From Octopus bimaculoides (Eukaryota): a stretch of 64,000 nucleotides of DNA. The DNA lies in NCBI RefSeq assembly GCF_001194135.2, contig NC_068983.1:11660518-11724517 (forward strand), read 5' to 3'. Below the pieces are notes generated by a model, which was not told where the DNA came from, did no database searches, and saw nothing but the letters and a program-made list of their open reading frames with translations. Positions 1 through 13,571 of the stretch are shown here, piece after piece (the stretch's first letter is position 1; every line of letters begins with the position of its first letter). The position numbers and the translations under genes were made by a program.

Positions 1-1686
1 TGGGGTTGATGTAATTGACTGACTTTCTGCCCCCGAAATTGCTGGTCTGGTACCAAAATTTGAAATCCTTATTAGAGGGCTAATAGAAAAATATCAGTCC
101 AGCACAGTGGATTGCCAGAGCTGTATGAATGTCAGACTGTATGCATTGTGGAAACTGTTATGGTTCTTGGCATTCTGAGTTCAAATCTCACTATGGCCTA
201 CTTAGATGGTAGACTTAATTTGTCACCCAGTTTAACACCATTACTAGGTGCTCTGGGTGCCTTTAACAGAGTCTACTCAGTTGCAAGCAGTCGTGCCAAG
301 TCTCTTGTTTGAGAATACCTTTCTCCTGCTCTCCCACCAGACAGGAAAAAAAATTTTAAATAGCAGCACCACTTCCTCTCTTTAATGCTCAATGCACTCT
401 CAAATGAAAACAAAGTTCTAAATATTAGATTCATTACTTCTCACAGCAACTGAACTTATCAAACTCATTCACTAAATAGTAAATGTCTTGGTTTGAAATT
501 GAAGACTCAGGTTATAATATATGATGTAAAGTTACAGTTAGAACTCCTTGGCATCTTATTCCTATAATACAAAGCCTTTAACCCTTCTAGTCTCAATCAT
601 AATCCCTACTCTTCTAATTCAAGGAGCTGTAGCCTATAGTTTTCACTTTTGGATATGAAAAAAAAGTTAACACCAACTCTATGGTGATAATTAACTATCT
701 CATCTGTTGTTATATTTAGTTTTAGATTGTTCTAGAAAAGTGCTGTGCAAACAATCTTCCTTTAAGTATTTCAGTATAAGAGAATTTACAATCATTATGA
801 CCTCTATGATAGATAAGGAAAAGTACATAATAAATTTAACAGATATTGTGCATTATGATCCAATAGTCTATTTGATACTACAATAAATGACTGGATTAAA
901 GTGATTTTATAAAATAAAATGCTTTATTCGCTCTATAGAGTGTAAGTGCACTTGGTTCAACTAAAAAAAAATCTTTGCTTAAGGCTATTCAATATGTTAT
1001 CAATATACTATTCAGCAGATGTATATTTATTCCAATTATTTTCTGCTCTTTTAAGTTTGGATATTTTCCAAATGTTTGAAAGTTCTGTGATGATGATAAC
1101 TGAACAAACATGTTATCCAATTTCTGGATCTTTACCAAAAAGTACTATTTTATCAATTGTGTTGTTTATATTCTAACACTAAATGCTTATGATCTGAGAG
1201 AATTTTGTAATAATTTCCTCTATTAATAATTTTATTGCAATATTCTTCTTTCAGTACTGCCAAAATGAAAGCCTCTCAATTCAGTCTGGTTCATTTCTGT
1301 AAAGACTTAGCAATGTAATAGCATTTAATTTAGCATATTTTTATTACGAGAAGAAGAAGACAAGAAATAAACCTTAAAATTCTAAGTAAAAGAAGAAATG
1401 AAAGATATCAAAGACTATGATTTAATGAATAATGATAAAAGATATAAAGGAATATATTTCTACAAAAGAGCAATGTTTATGGCTTAATCTGAAGAAAAGA
1501 CATGCAACACTCAAGACTTTTCACAGGGCATCCAAGACAAGAAGACAGAGTGACTATGACTGTATTGCTACCATGGAATATAAGTACATCAAGATATCAA
1601 GTTTCCTTAGAACTGGTTTGAATGATTACAATAGCATGGACATCCGAGTGCCAAATGGTGTTAAACAGCAATAGGTCAAGTCTACC

Positions 1687-2164
1687 TCTCTTTTACTCGT
1701 TTCAGTCATTTGACTGTGGCCATGCTGGAGCACCACCTTTAGTCGAGCAAATCGACCCCAGGACTTATTCTTTGTAAGCCTAGTACTTATTCTATCGGTC
1801 TCTTTTACCAAACCGCTAAGTTACGGGGACNNNNNNNNNNNNNNNNNNNNNNNNNNNNNNNNNNNNNNNNNNNNNNNNNNNNNNNNNNNNNNNNNNNNNN
1901 NNNNNNNNNNNNNNNNNNNNNNNNNNNNNNNNNNNNNNNNNNNNNNNNNNNNNNNNNNNNNNNNNNNNNNNNNNNNNNNNNNTATATATATATATATTTA
2001 TGATTGTCTTCTTTCAGTTTCCGTCTACCAAATCCACTCACAAGGCTTTGGTCGGCCCGAGGTTATAGTAGAAGACACTTGCCCAAGGTGCCACGCAATG
2101 GAACTGAACCTGGAACCATGTGGTTGGTAAGCAAGCTACTTACTACACAGCCACTCCTATGCCT
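1687..2164 (-). mobile_element. tRNA-derived SINE family A (interrupted by N-gap)
   Basis: Same head (ggagtggctgtgtggtaagtagcttgcttacc), central TA/CA microsatellite and taaaagag tail as the other family A copies. Confidence 0.85.
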
Positions 2165-3310
2165 ATCTAAGAACAAATACAGTTCATCTGATGAGATTCT
2201 TGTACAGTTTCTGTTTACAAAAATCTCATTCACAAGGTTTTGGTCTCAAGGTTATGGTAGATGACAGTTGTTAAAGGTGCTGCACAATGGACTTGAACTA
2301 AAAATCATGTGACAGTGAAATATGGTCATCAAAGTGCGTGGCCCAAGAATAAGAAGTAAGAGTCATAGGTAATAAATATGTAATTTCATCAATATTTTAT
2401 AAATTTTTCATACACCAATTTTAAATTTCTTTAATATGTCTTTATCTTTCCAAATAACACTGAGGATTTTGGTAAAAGCTTGAAAAGATTAATTTCTATC
2501 TAATTAGTGTGCTAAATTCCAAGGTCATTGTATCACCAAGAAAGCAGTTTAAACATTCTTTTTATATAACTGAGGACATTTTCTAAAGATAAAATATAAA
2601 ATTCAAGGTATCAGTAGTTCCAAGTCTTCTCTAGAATTTTGCTATTTTAATAGCAAATCCAACTGTATTCTTAGGAGGTCTCTTAGAAGGAAACAATTAT
2701 AATTCAAATTTCATCAGATAGCATGCATGGTGTTTATGCAAAAAGATCAGATGTGTTTATTACAATATCCAAAAGCTACAATATCATATCTCTCTTAATA
2801 GTTAAATTATTCTTGAAAATTAATGAAGAGATCAAAAACATCTGAATGTTTTAAATTTTCCAAAATTCACCAGAAGAAGGACATTAAACACAAGAAATGC
2901 TTTTTACCAGTTTGGGTTTAATGTTAACAATGACTTAAATATTTTATATCTTGAGAATTGTAAAACAAAAACTTTCATAACCATTATTTAGTATTAGTAA
3001 ACTAAACATCAATAAACTGTGATAATTGGTCACAAATTAGACCAAGTGTGAAAAGTTAAACCTATTGTTCATTAAACACTCAACTAAGTAATTTTCTACC
3101 ATAAGTTTGTGAAATCAGAGTTGACTATAACAGTAAAACAACATCAGCAACAAACCATTGTTGTCAAAAGTTCTTTTCAAGATAAGCTAAGAGGTTTGAA
3201 TGGTTTCTAATCTCTATAGAAATCAACCTCTCTTATTATAAAAAACATTGTTTAAATAATATTCTCATCATATATAAACATGATCTTTGATTGAATAAAG
3301 CTCAAGAGGA

Positions 3311-3592
3311 ACTCAGTAACTTTGCCTCCATGAGGCCCAACCTTTGAAAAGTACTCAGCCACTTTGCCTCTGTCAGGCCCAACCTTCGAAAGGTACTCAG
3401 CCATTTTGCCTCTGTCAGGCCCAACCTTCGAAAGGTACTCAGCCATTTTGCCTCTGTCAGGCCCAACCTTCGAAAGGTACTCAGCCATTTTGCCTCTGTC
3501 AGGCCCAACCTTCGAAAGGTACTCAGCCATTTTGCCTCTGTCAGGCCCAACCTTTGAAAGGTACTCAGCCACTTTGCCTATGTGAGGCCCAA
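3311..3592. repeat. 42-bp minisatellite, about 6.7 copies
   Basis: Unit actcagccattttgcctctgtcaggcccaaccttcgaaaggt; the central copies are identical and the edge copies diverged. Confidence 0.95.
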
Positions 3593-6500
3593 TGTTACCT
3601 GCAATAAATTGGTATCTCTTAAGTTATATCTCTTGGTTGCTTCATGCCTTGAAAGTAGAACTAAATATGGGTTCTTAAAATATTTTATTGGAATTTAGAA
3701 CTTATTTACATTTGCAAATATATAAATTAATGAAGTTTAAGCACTATTTTAATCTGATTTCATCAAATGTCATGTTCTATTTGCTATAATGAAAGGGAAT
3801 ATTATATATTAATTTAAGTATTAATGTCCACTGAAATGAAACAAATAAACTATTCTATAATCTAAGAAATAATGGATATTTCTGTGAGCAAAATAGAGAA
3901 AGTTATTTACCCAAAGTAAATATCAAGTAGGAAACTCTGTCTACATTAGTTACTCATCTATGCATAAGCCAAAAATATTAACATAAAAAATACAAAGAAT
4001 TGTACAGCAGACTTCATAAATTAGGAGAATGACATTCAATAAAAGACATTTTGGAGTCAGGTGTGCGAAAAATAAATTGCTTTGGCCTATGTAATCACTT
4101 CATTGATACTAGTTTTTCCATAATTAGCATGATTGACTAGGTTTACAACGCAGCAATCTTCCAAATGACTTAGTTAAATTCTATTGAATTTAATGTTCTC
4201 AGGTTTGTCTTGACTCAATTTCCTCACTCTAGATCTTCTTTAAACTAGCTCTACATTTAAGTATTGTGAACTGAATCTACCTCTTGTGTGTTTACATTGC
4301 TTGGTATTTATTTTGTAACAGGATGGGTGAAGGGAACATAACTGGGACAAATTGGAAAAAACATTGTGAGTTTTAAACAAATTTCATTACAGAAAACAAA
4401 AACAGACAGGAAAATCAGACACATAAAAAAATGTAAGAAATGAGACACCCTAATAGGGAATCAGCTACCTAGGATCATTCAACAAACCCTACAGACTACA
4501 CCAACTACCAAGAACAAAGACCCTCTCCAGCTTACACGTACATGCTGAAAGTAAAACCATTTATGCAGTCCATTACTCCTACTCTCATTTGCACTTCAGT
4601 AAATTCGCTATATGGAAGCAGCTCCCTCTACACTCTTACCTTCTTCTACAAGTATAAACTGAAGACGGTGATAATGGCTTGACTAAGAGGAAGGTGTTTT
4701 GTCTTAGTATTATTCCTTTCAATCTTATCCACCATACACTCTTTTTCACCAAGATGACCACTAAACAGAAGAAAACTACCAGTCATTTTCAGCCAAAGAA
4801 AGACAGTGATGTGATACCCATCATGGATTCAACTAGGAGTCAAATTTCTCCTATATATTCTACAACTGCTTAACATAAGACAAGAAGTCTGCAATGTTCA
4901 AACACTCAGTGCGTACATTGTGGCTGCACATGTTTAATACAAGCCTAAGGCTAAAATATGTCGGAGAGGACATCATTATCATCATCACTTTTACCCCCAC
5001 ATTTCTATGCTTGCATGGGTTAGATGGAATTTTGCTCAGATGGATTTTCTATGGATGGATGCCTTTCTTGTCACCAACCCACATTTGTTTCCAAGTAAGG
5101 TAATAGTTCCCCATAACCAGACATGTTTTTATAGAAGACTAGAAATGAAGGACACTGCCTCCATGTCTGACATTCACTTACAACTCTCATTTGATGCCAA
5201 GGCAAGGAAACAGTGACATACACACACAAACACAGCTATATATATATATATATAGGTTCTGGTTGGCCCAGGGCTATAACAGAAAATACTTGCCCAAGGT
5301 GCCATGCAGTGGGACTGAACCCAGAAATCAACCACAGTATTTGACTGCTGCTTATTTTATTGACCCAGAACAGATGAAAAGCAAAATGAATCTTTCACTA
5401 TTTCTGCCACTTTTTTTCTTTTGTTAGACATTTCCCTAAATATTAGGAAACAAATTGATGAAGAAGTTGATAGACCATGCACCTTATAAGTACAAAAGTT
5501 TATTATTCTCCATTGAGGTCATCAAAAATGACCCTTTTAACATTATATTTGCACAAGTGCTAAAAATGTGTTTTGAAAAAGGTTAGAACAAAACGATATT
5601 ATCAGAAATGTTGAAGATTGTAAAAGAAATCATGAACACAATTTTAAATAGAGTAATAAACTAGCATTTTGATTTGCTTAAAATATAAGAACATAGTAGA
5701 TAAAGAATTGTTCTTTATAACTAAATCATCGTTATCATGATCTTATGATTGCTTCTCTATGCTGATACAGGTTGGATGAGTTATCACAGTTCAAATCAGT
5801 TCTTATCCAGAGTTATTATCTTGCTAGTCCCTTCTAGATAACTTGAGAACCACATCTTTGTTGCATGTTCCATTTTTGGCATGGGCTTTATTTGCAGCTG
5901 ATGCTATTCCTACCACCAATGATATTATAGAGAGTATTAGGTGCATTTTATCAGCATGTAGCTGTCTGTCTGTCTCTCTTCCTCTTTCTTTTATCACTCT
6001 TTTGCTTCAGTCACTCCGGCTCTATCCACCTATTCTGTTTTTTACCAGTTGCTTTCTCTTATTGTTATATTGCTTCCTATCCGACAACCACCTTGTAATT
6101 CTCTCTCTCTTTCTCTCACTTCCATTAATCACTCTTCTATCAACCTCTCTAAATCTCTTGCCACTCAGTTAGGTGGAAAAGCAAAGAATAAATGAAAGGG
6201 GATAATGCAGGAAAGAAGGGACTCTCTTTAGTCTTGTTGAGGGTGAGAGACAAAATGTAAAAAGGAAACTAGTTTCTGTAGAGATTACTAGTAATTATAT
6301 CTTCAAATGATGGCAATTTTTCTTTAAACTATTTATTGCAAATTCATATCTTTGATCTGGCTTGTAAATACAGATTCAATTTCAGTTTTATAATCTTTTC
6401 TTCTCCACACCGAGAAAGGAGATGCAAGAGGTTCTGTGAATTCATCAAAATGTTTTCACACTGTTAACAATAAAAATTTAAAACACACACACACATGCGG

Positions 6501-8019
6501 ACGGACGGAGCCTTAAGATGACGTTTCAAATTCCACATCTTTCTAGTTCACAATTTTGCTTATTGAACTACCTGAAACATTGTGATCTTAAATAACAAGG
6601 AGAAGAAACATTAATGCCATAAATATGATAAACAACTTTTTTGCTAAGGAACAATTATAAGTGCTTACTTAAAAGAAAGCATTTCGTAAACAAAAGTTAT
6701 ATATCTAATTTTTATATTTTCAATTGATATGATTATGTGTTGAAATGTATTTCTGTGCATTCAAATTCATAGCAACCCTAAGAAGCTGAAATTACGCACA
6801 CACACATATATATACATACTTGTGTGTGTGTGTTTGTTCAGAATGGGTAGCTTTTATAAATTTCTTCACCACCAACAACACCCAATATAATGTTATCTAT
6901 TCATGTAAATGTCACTGTTAATGTACAAATACTTTAAATAAAATAGATCTCGCTAGTATTTATACGGAAAATCATAAGACATTATTATGGCTGCAGCAGT
7001 ATTTTAATAATGGCTAAATCCATAGGGCTTCCCATTGTTCTAGAAAATCATCTGTCAGAGCATCAATGAACTTTTAAAGCAATTTACAACAAATTAGGTC
7101 AACAAGCAACTAACTACCATCTGAATAACTAAAGCTATTTGGAAGTAACAAGAAAATGTAATAACTACAGTCTTCCTTAAATACATAAAAACAGTAAACT
7201 AATGTACTGTTAAAATGTTACAATGAATACTAGTGTAAGGTGCACAGATAAAACTCTTTAGAACCTTATTAATTTATAGAATTCCATTAACATTTTATTA
7301 AATTCAGATAAATAGTTAGACGTATTTTTTCAGTCATAAGCAGTTGTATTTATTTTTTTTTTTTCTGACATTTGTGGAAAAGTGGAAATTTATAAATTAT
7401 ATTTCTGTTTTAACTAGTTCCAGATATTGAACTAAATTTAAAGAACTAGAGCATAATCTTATTAAATCATCGTTCTTGCTTTAAAGAGCAGATATTTCCA
7501 TTAATATTCTAAGAAAATAAAATTCAAAAGACAAACCATAATATTAAGGAAGTAATATAAAAAAGGAAAGATGAGCAATCTTTGAAGGAAAAGAAGAAAA
7601 ACAGAACTAAAATTGACAATGAAGGAAAATACAAAGATAAACATTATATTTATGTATATGTTAAGGATATCATATCGACAGGTAATCCAAATAAAAATCA
7701 ATAAAATAGTAAATGAATATCAGACCAATATTGATTTTATAACAATAAAATGAGTATCATTAATAGCAGAATCTGATACTTATTTTATATTAGCAGCTGG
7801 ATATAGATTAAGAGAGTGTTACATACACATAAATCAATAGATCCCATTTAGGTGAACTCGCTCTAAGAGAAACCTTGTCAGTTTACTAGCTATTTTGATG
7901 CAAAAATCTGTATGTGTTTAAAAATTACCATTTGAAGTTTGTAATGAGCATACAAGAGAAATATAAAATTTGAATCATTTATGGAGAAAAGTGTGTCTGC
8001 GTGTGAGTGCGCGTGTGCA

Positions 8020-8059
<40 letters not shown>

Positions 8060-8667
8060 NNNNNNNNNNNNNNNNNNNNNNNNNNNNNNNNNNNNNNNNN
8101 NNNNNNNNNNNNNNNNNNNNNNNNNNNNNNNNNNNNNNNNNNNNNNNNNNNNNNNNNNNNNNNNNNNNNNNNNNNNNNNNNNNNNNNNNNNNNNNNNNNN
8201 NNNNNNNNNNNNNNNNNNNNNNNNNNNNNNNNNNNNNNNNNNNNNNNNNNNNNNNNNNNNNNNNNNNNNNNNNNNNNNNNNNNNNNNNNNNNNNNNNNNN
8301 NNNNNNNNNNNNNNNNNNNNNNNNNNNNNNNNNNNNNNNNNNNNNNNNNNNNNNNNNNNNNNNNNNNNNNNNNNNNNNNNNNNNNNNNNNNNNNNNNNNN
8401 NNNNNNNNNNNNNNNNNNNNNNNNNNNNNNNNNNNNNNNNNNNNNNNNNNNNNNNNNNNNNNNNNNNNNNNNNNNNNNNNNNNNNNNNNNNNNNNNNNNN
8501 NNNNNNNNNNNNNNNNNNNNNNNNNNNNNNNNNNNNNNNNNNNNNNNNNNNNNNNNNNNNNNNNNNNNNNNNNNNNNNNNNNNNNNNNNNNNNNNNNNNN
8601 NNNNNNNNNNNNNNNNNNNNNNNNNNNNNNNNNNNNNNNNNNNNNNNNNNNNNNNNNNNNNNNNNNN

Positions 8668-8709
<42 letters not shown>

Positions 8710-10420
8710 TTCAAACAGCAAAATTAAGAAATACCACAGGATTTCTTTTAGAAGAAATAATGCATAAACAACAAAACTATTTTAAAGCATAACTATTTAC
8801 AAATATATATGGTACAGAAATATCTTGAGAAGTAAATCATGCATGATTATTTAAAGCAGTGTTTTCATGCTTCAAATAATCAGTAGGGTAAAAAAAAAAA
8901 ATTTAATAAACATGATCCTTCAAAACACTTATCTAACATTGTATTAACTATGGATATGCACCTAATTCAAGATTTAAAATATGTATGAAATACTATCAAA
9001 AGAAAGAATTATATATCTCTAAAACACAAAAAAATAGTATCAAAAAGAAAGAATATGAAAGAGAACAGAATTTGTTTTCAAATATACTAATCATAAATCC
9101 AATTTTTTACATCTATACATATTTGAATGCAAAAATAATATATTTGCTATACGCATGAAATTTGAGAATGGAGCCAACTAAAATATGGTTCCTTCTGAGA
9201 TCAGTGTACAATGTGCTTCCATAATTTTTTTTCCAGCTTCTAGAAATCAAGGTGCCAAATATTTTGAACCACAAGTAAAACATTACCATTAACAGAAGCA
9301 ACAGTTCCTTATTAAAAAAAATATATTAACAAATCAATATCCAAAGTGATACTCTTTTCTATCAATGTCTTTGCAATATCTGTAGAGAATGAACTCAATC
9401 AAATACTTACAATGAGAAACAGAATTAGTTTCCAGGATTCTTTGATCACAGTTAACGGATTATTAAGATTTGGTAGCTGCTCTGCTGTGCTTTGCTATCA
9501 CGACAAACTTCATTCCAGAGATTTTCAATCTTACTAAACTCAGGGATAGAACAGACTGGAAAATTAACCTAATTTTGCAATTGGAAATGAACTGCTTCAC
9601 TGAACTTCTGGTGTGATTTGGATTATTGTCAGATATCAGGATCAATATGAGCAACAAATAATTATTAAAATAGGGTAACAGATGTCTCTCAAAATTACTT
9701 GCTATATTTCTTGATCCATACTGCTAATAAAGCAATGAATAAGATCAAAGAAACTGAACTGAGAAACCTCACCATATCATCACACCACTCCCACTTTGTG
9801 GGCACTCTGGAAACAGTTGAGATTCAGTTCCCCAGTGGAACAAAATCTCATATAACCTAACATCAGATTAGAACCAGTTGGACTTGGATTCATACGTTCA
9901 TTCCACATGAAACCATTTAGCAAGGGTGGAATCTAAGTGAGCCCTGACAAGTTCAGGACATTTCTTTCAGTTCTTTATTCATGTGAATGATCTAATATCT
10001 AGTCCAAATCATTTGAGCAGTCAATAAACAGTTGTCTCAATGGTAGTGTGAATATGCTGTGCACGTCCACATAGTCTGATGTTAGCTACAGTCATTGAGG
10101 GGCTGGTCCCTAACAAATCTGTGAATGAATGTCTTCTTTTAGGGACGTCTTCATAGGTTTCTAACTTCCAGTAGAGTCTCTGTAGGGGAAAAAAACTTTA
10201 TACAGGAAGAATGACTATAATTCAGATGTAAAGTAATATCCATATAGCAAACACTGTCTTCACACATTGGAACAATGTGTGCCCACTTTGTAGGAACAAA
10301 ACTCAATCACATTTTTACCTATAGTTTCACAACTATGAACTCAATTGGAATCATGAATAAAAGCAAAAGAAATATGCAATTTATAATTATTTGTGATTTT
10401 AAGCTTATCAGAATTGAGGA

Positions 10421-10540
10421 ATTTACGTCCATATCACATTGAGAGCAATGGTTCTTGTCCGATCACCGTAGTTAAGCAACGTTGAGCCTAGTTAGTACTT
10501 TGATGGGTGACCGCTTGGGAAACCTAGGTGCTATAAGCGT
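10421..10540 (+). pseudogene. Full-length 5S rRNA-derived copy (pseudogene or SINE head)
   Basis: 120 nt, atttacgtccatatcacattgagagc...gatcaccgtagttaagcaacg...gttagtactttgatgggtgaccgcttgggaaacctaggtgctataagc, colinear with animal (mollusc-type) 5S rRNA. A-box and C-box regions are recognisable with several substitutions; there is no oligo-T terminator. Confidence 0.9.
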
Positions 10541-10775
10541 CAAGGCAGCGAGCTGGCAGAAACGTTAGCACACTGGGCAAAATGCTTTGCGGTATTTCGT
10601 CTGCCACTACATTCTGAGTTCAAATTCCGCTGAGGTCGACTTTGCCTTTCATCCTTTCGGGGTCAATTAAATAAGTACCAGTTATACACTGGGGTTGATA
10701 TAATCGATTTAATCCATTTGTCTATCCTTGTTTGTCCCTTCTATGTTTAACCCCTTGTGGGCAATAAAGAAATAA
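10541..10775 (+). mobile_element. tRNA-derived SINE (family B) fused downstream of the 5S copy
   Basis: Head aaggcagcgagctggcagaaacgttagc and body gagttcaaattccgctgaggtcgactttgcctttcatcc are shared with the copies at 36813, 43753, 47838 and 63622; A-rich tail. Confidence 0.85.
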
Positions 10776-11232
10776 GAATTGGGGAATTTAAATCCATAGA
10801 GGATCTGGGATAAAATAATTTAAAGAAATGTATTATCAAGCAAGTCTTTATCATCCATTTTAAGATTATTAATGTTTTTATATTGCTATATGTACTGACT
10901 ACCAATCTTATATGAAAATTTTTTAAATATTAAAACTTTAAAAACTTATTCAATAGCTCTATATTTATATTAACACTACATATATATATATATACATATG
11001 TATATATGAGCCTGGTGCAGTCTCCTGGCTTGCCAGTCCTCAGTCAAACTGTTCAACCCATGCCAGTATGGACAGTGGATGTTAACAGATGATGATGATG
11101 ATATATAATTAAGTAACATCACATCTGATGAGATAAAGTAAAAGTTTCATAACTGAAAGCAAGAATGTTATAGTAGTATAATGGTGACTGGCTACTAGCA
11201 GTTTACCAATTGAGTGTGCACAAGCATAAAAT

Positions 11233-11424
11233 GATAAAAGTATAAACAAACAAAGCAATTAGTATCAGGTTGGATTATGACATTTATATCTTTAAACATG
11301 ATGTTACACGAGTATATTCATTTCCTTCCTTCTCATGATCTATACTCATATAACATCATGTTTAAAGACATAAATGTCATAATTTAACCTGATACCAACT
11401 ATTTTGCCTGTTTATACTTTTATC
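11233..11424. repeat. Fold-back element, 84-bp inverted arms with a 24-nt loop
   Basis: gataaaagtataaac...gatgttacacgagtata pairs with tatactcatataacatc...gtttatacttttatc. Confidence 0.85.
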
Positions 11425-13571
11425 CTTTTATCGGTACCATTCAATGTCTGTTTTCCATGCTGGCATGGGTTGGATGGTTTGGCAAGAGCTGGAAAGCTGG
11501 AGAGCTGCACCAGGTTCCAGTCTGGTTCGGCTTGGTTTCTACAGCTGGTTTCCTAACACCAACAACTTTACAGAATGTGTTTGCTGCTTTATATGTGGTA
11601 TGAACAAAGGTGCTTTTTATGTGACCTGGCACAGGTTCATTTTAAGTAGTCTCTGCCAGACGCTTTCTACATGTAGTTGGCATGGGTGCTTTCTACACAG
11701 CACTGGCATGGATGCTTTCATACAGCACCGGCACAGGTGCTTTTTACATGGCACCGGCATGGGTGCTTTTTATGTGGCCCCAGCATGGAGATTTTGCTGG
11801 CAAAAACCCCTTCAGCTAAGAGGGTATCATTAACAGTTCTGCTGTGGTGGACAGGCCTTTTTGACTGCAACAAAGTGCTAGATAGCTTAGTCCTTTGTCA
11901 TCTCCATGAGGTTTAGAGTCCTGAGATCAGTCTTCAGCCTTTGTCCCATGTCTCCCTGGGTTTCCCTCTTCCACCAGTTCCATCCACCTTAAGTGATCAG
12001 CACTTCTTTATGCAGCTGTCTACCTCCATCTGCATCACATGACCAAACCAGTGCAGTCTTCTCTCTTGTACACTGCATTGAATTCTTCCGGTGCCTAACT
12101 TTTCAAGAGGATTTGTTAGTCTTGGCTAGGTCAAAACAATCTCTCTAGTACTGGTGGCACAATAACTTCACAAAGTACACTCTGTAAAGATATTGATGAA
12201 CTTACAGAAATAATGTAAGGCTGTTTAGACTTGTTGGAGACAAGGCCACATCCCTATTGCTAGTGATACAATAAAATGCACTCAGTACACTCTGTAAAGT
12301 GGTTGGAAGATAAATATAGTATAGAAAGTAATTTTTAGCCTTGTGAAGACAAGGTAACTTATCTAATTCTTGTGCCATGATAAAATGCACCTACTACACT
12401 CTTAAAAGTAGTTGGCAACAAGAAGGGCATTCATCCATAAAAATCATGTCAAAAATGGACCGTATGAGTAAGATGTGTTCCTCGGACTACAACTCTATAT
12501 AAGGACTGACTCAGGGAAAAATCAAACATAAAATGATGATATTCAGAATGTTTGTTCTTAAAATATTTATAAAATTTGTAATTGTAAAATATTAGAGCAA
12601 ATATGCCAAAAATTTAATAGAATACTATTGTGAAATAGCCTTGATTTTCATTTTATTTTTTCAAAAGAAATAAGCTGTTAGGCTCTGTTATGTATATTAT
12701 CAATCACAAAAGAAATGATGTCTGGGTCATAGAGATACTGTACATGGTAAATCATAGTTTTACAGGGCACAAAGATCTATGTCAATCAATAGTTACTGCA
12801 TTTAGTTCAAATAAGTGAAACAGTATATTCAATATAATTGTTGACATTTTCTTTTAGTTGATCAAATATGTACCATCTGAATATCTTTTCAGTCATATAT
12901 CTGTTTATCTATTAGCTAGTTGTGGAGATAATGTTTTAAGTGTTCTCAAAGGTGTTTCAATTCTTATTAAGTATTTTTGTAAAGAAACTATAATAGCCTA
13001 TGTATTACTATTGAATGTTTATATGACTTCAAAGGGAAAATAAGCTGGTGACTAAGAAGTAAAATAATCAGAGATAAAGTCCATTGATTTTCCCCCTTTA
13101 AGCTATTAATGGTCATTCGATGAAAGAGATGAAAACTTATATTTCTTTTATGGAATTCTTAGAAGGAAAGTCTGAGTAAAGTGAATACCTGAAAGAACTG
13201 GTAATCTGGTAGAGATTCCACACTAAACCAAAAAACAGAAAGACTTTAATAATATTAACAGAGTTAGAAATTTTGAAGAATATTTAATCTGTTCTCTTAC
13301 TTTAACTGACACAGTTGCTGGACTGTGGTCATGCTGGGGCACCGCCCTGAAGAGTTTAGTCAAATTGACTCCAGTACTTAGTGTATTTTTTTTTTTTTTG
13401 AAGTTTAGTACTTATTGTATTTATCGCTTTTCCAGAACTGCTAAGTTACAGGTGACGTAAACAAAGCAACACCAGTTGTCAAGTGGTGGTGGTGGAGGAC
13501 AAACACATATATATATATATATATTTGTGTATAATAAGTATATATATATGTATGTGTGTGTATATATATAT

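Noticed and set aside
2004-2264. Recurrent short ORFs such as 'WSARGYSRRHLPKVP' (also 27812, 44319) and family C ORFs
   Set aside because: They are chance frames in non-coding SINE copies.
3311-3592. Possible CRISPR-like array
   Set aside because: The units are contiguous with no unique spacers, the context is eukaryotic, and no cas genes are present.
6500-6600. Minus-strand GAAACGTC resembling a hammerhead stem III
   Set aside because: There is no intact CUGANGA core and no stem I pairing.
7890-8792. Long ORFs of 245-274 aa (also 13747-14451 and 1805-2041)
   Set aside because: They consist mostly of X codons across N-gaps plus TA repeats and are artefacts.
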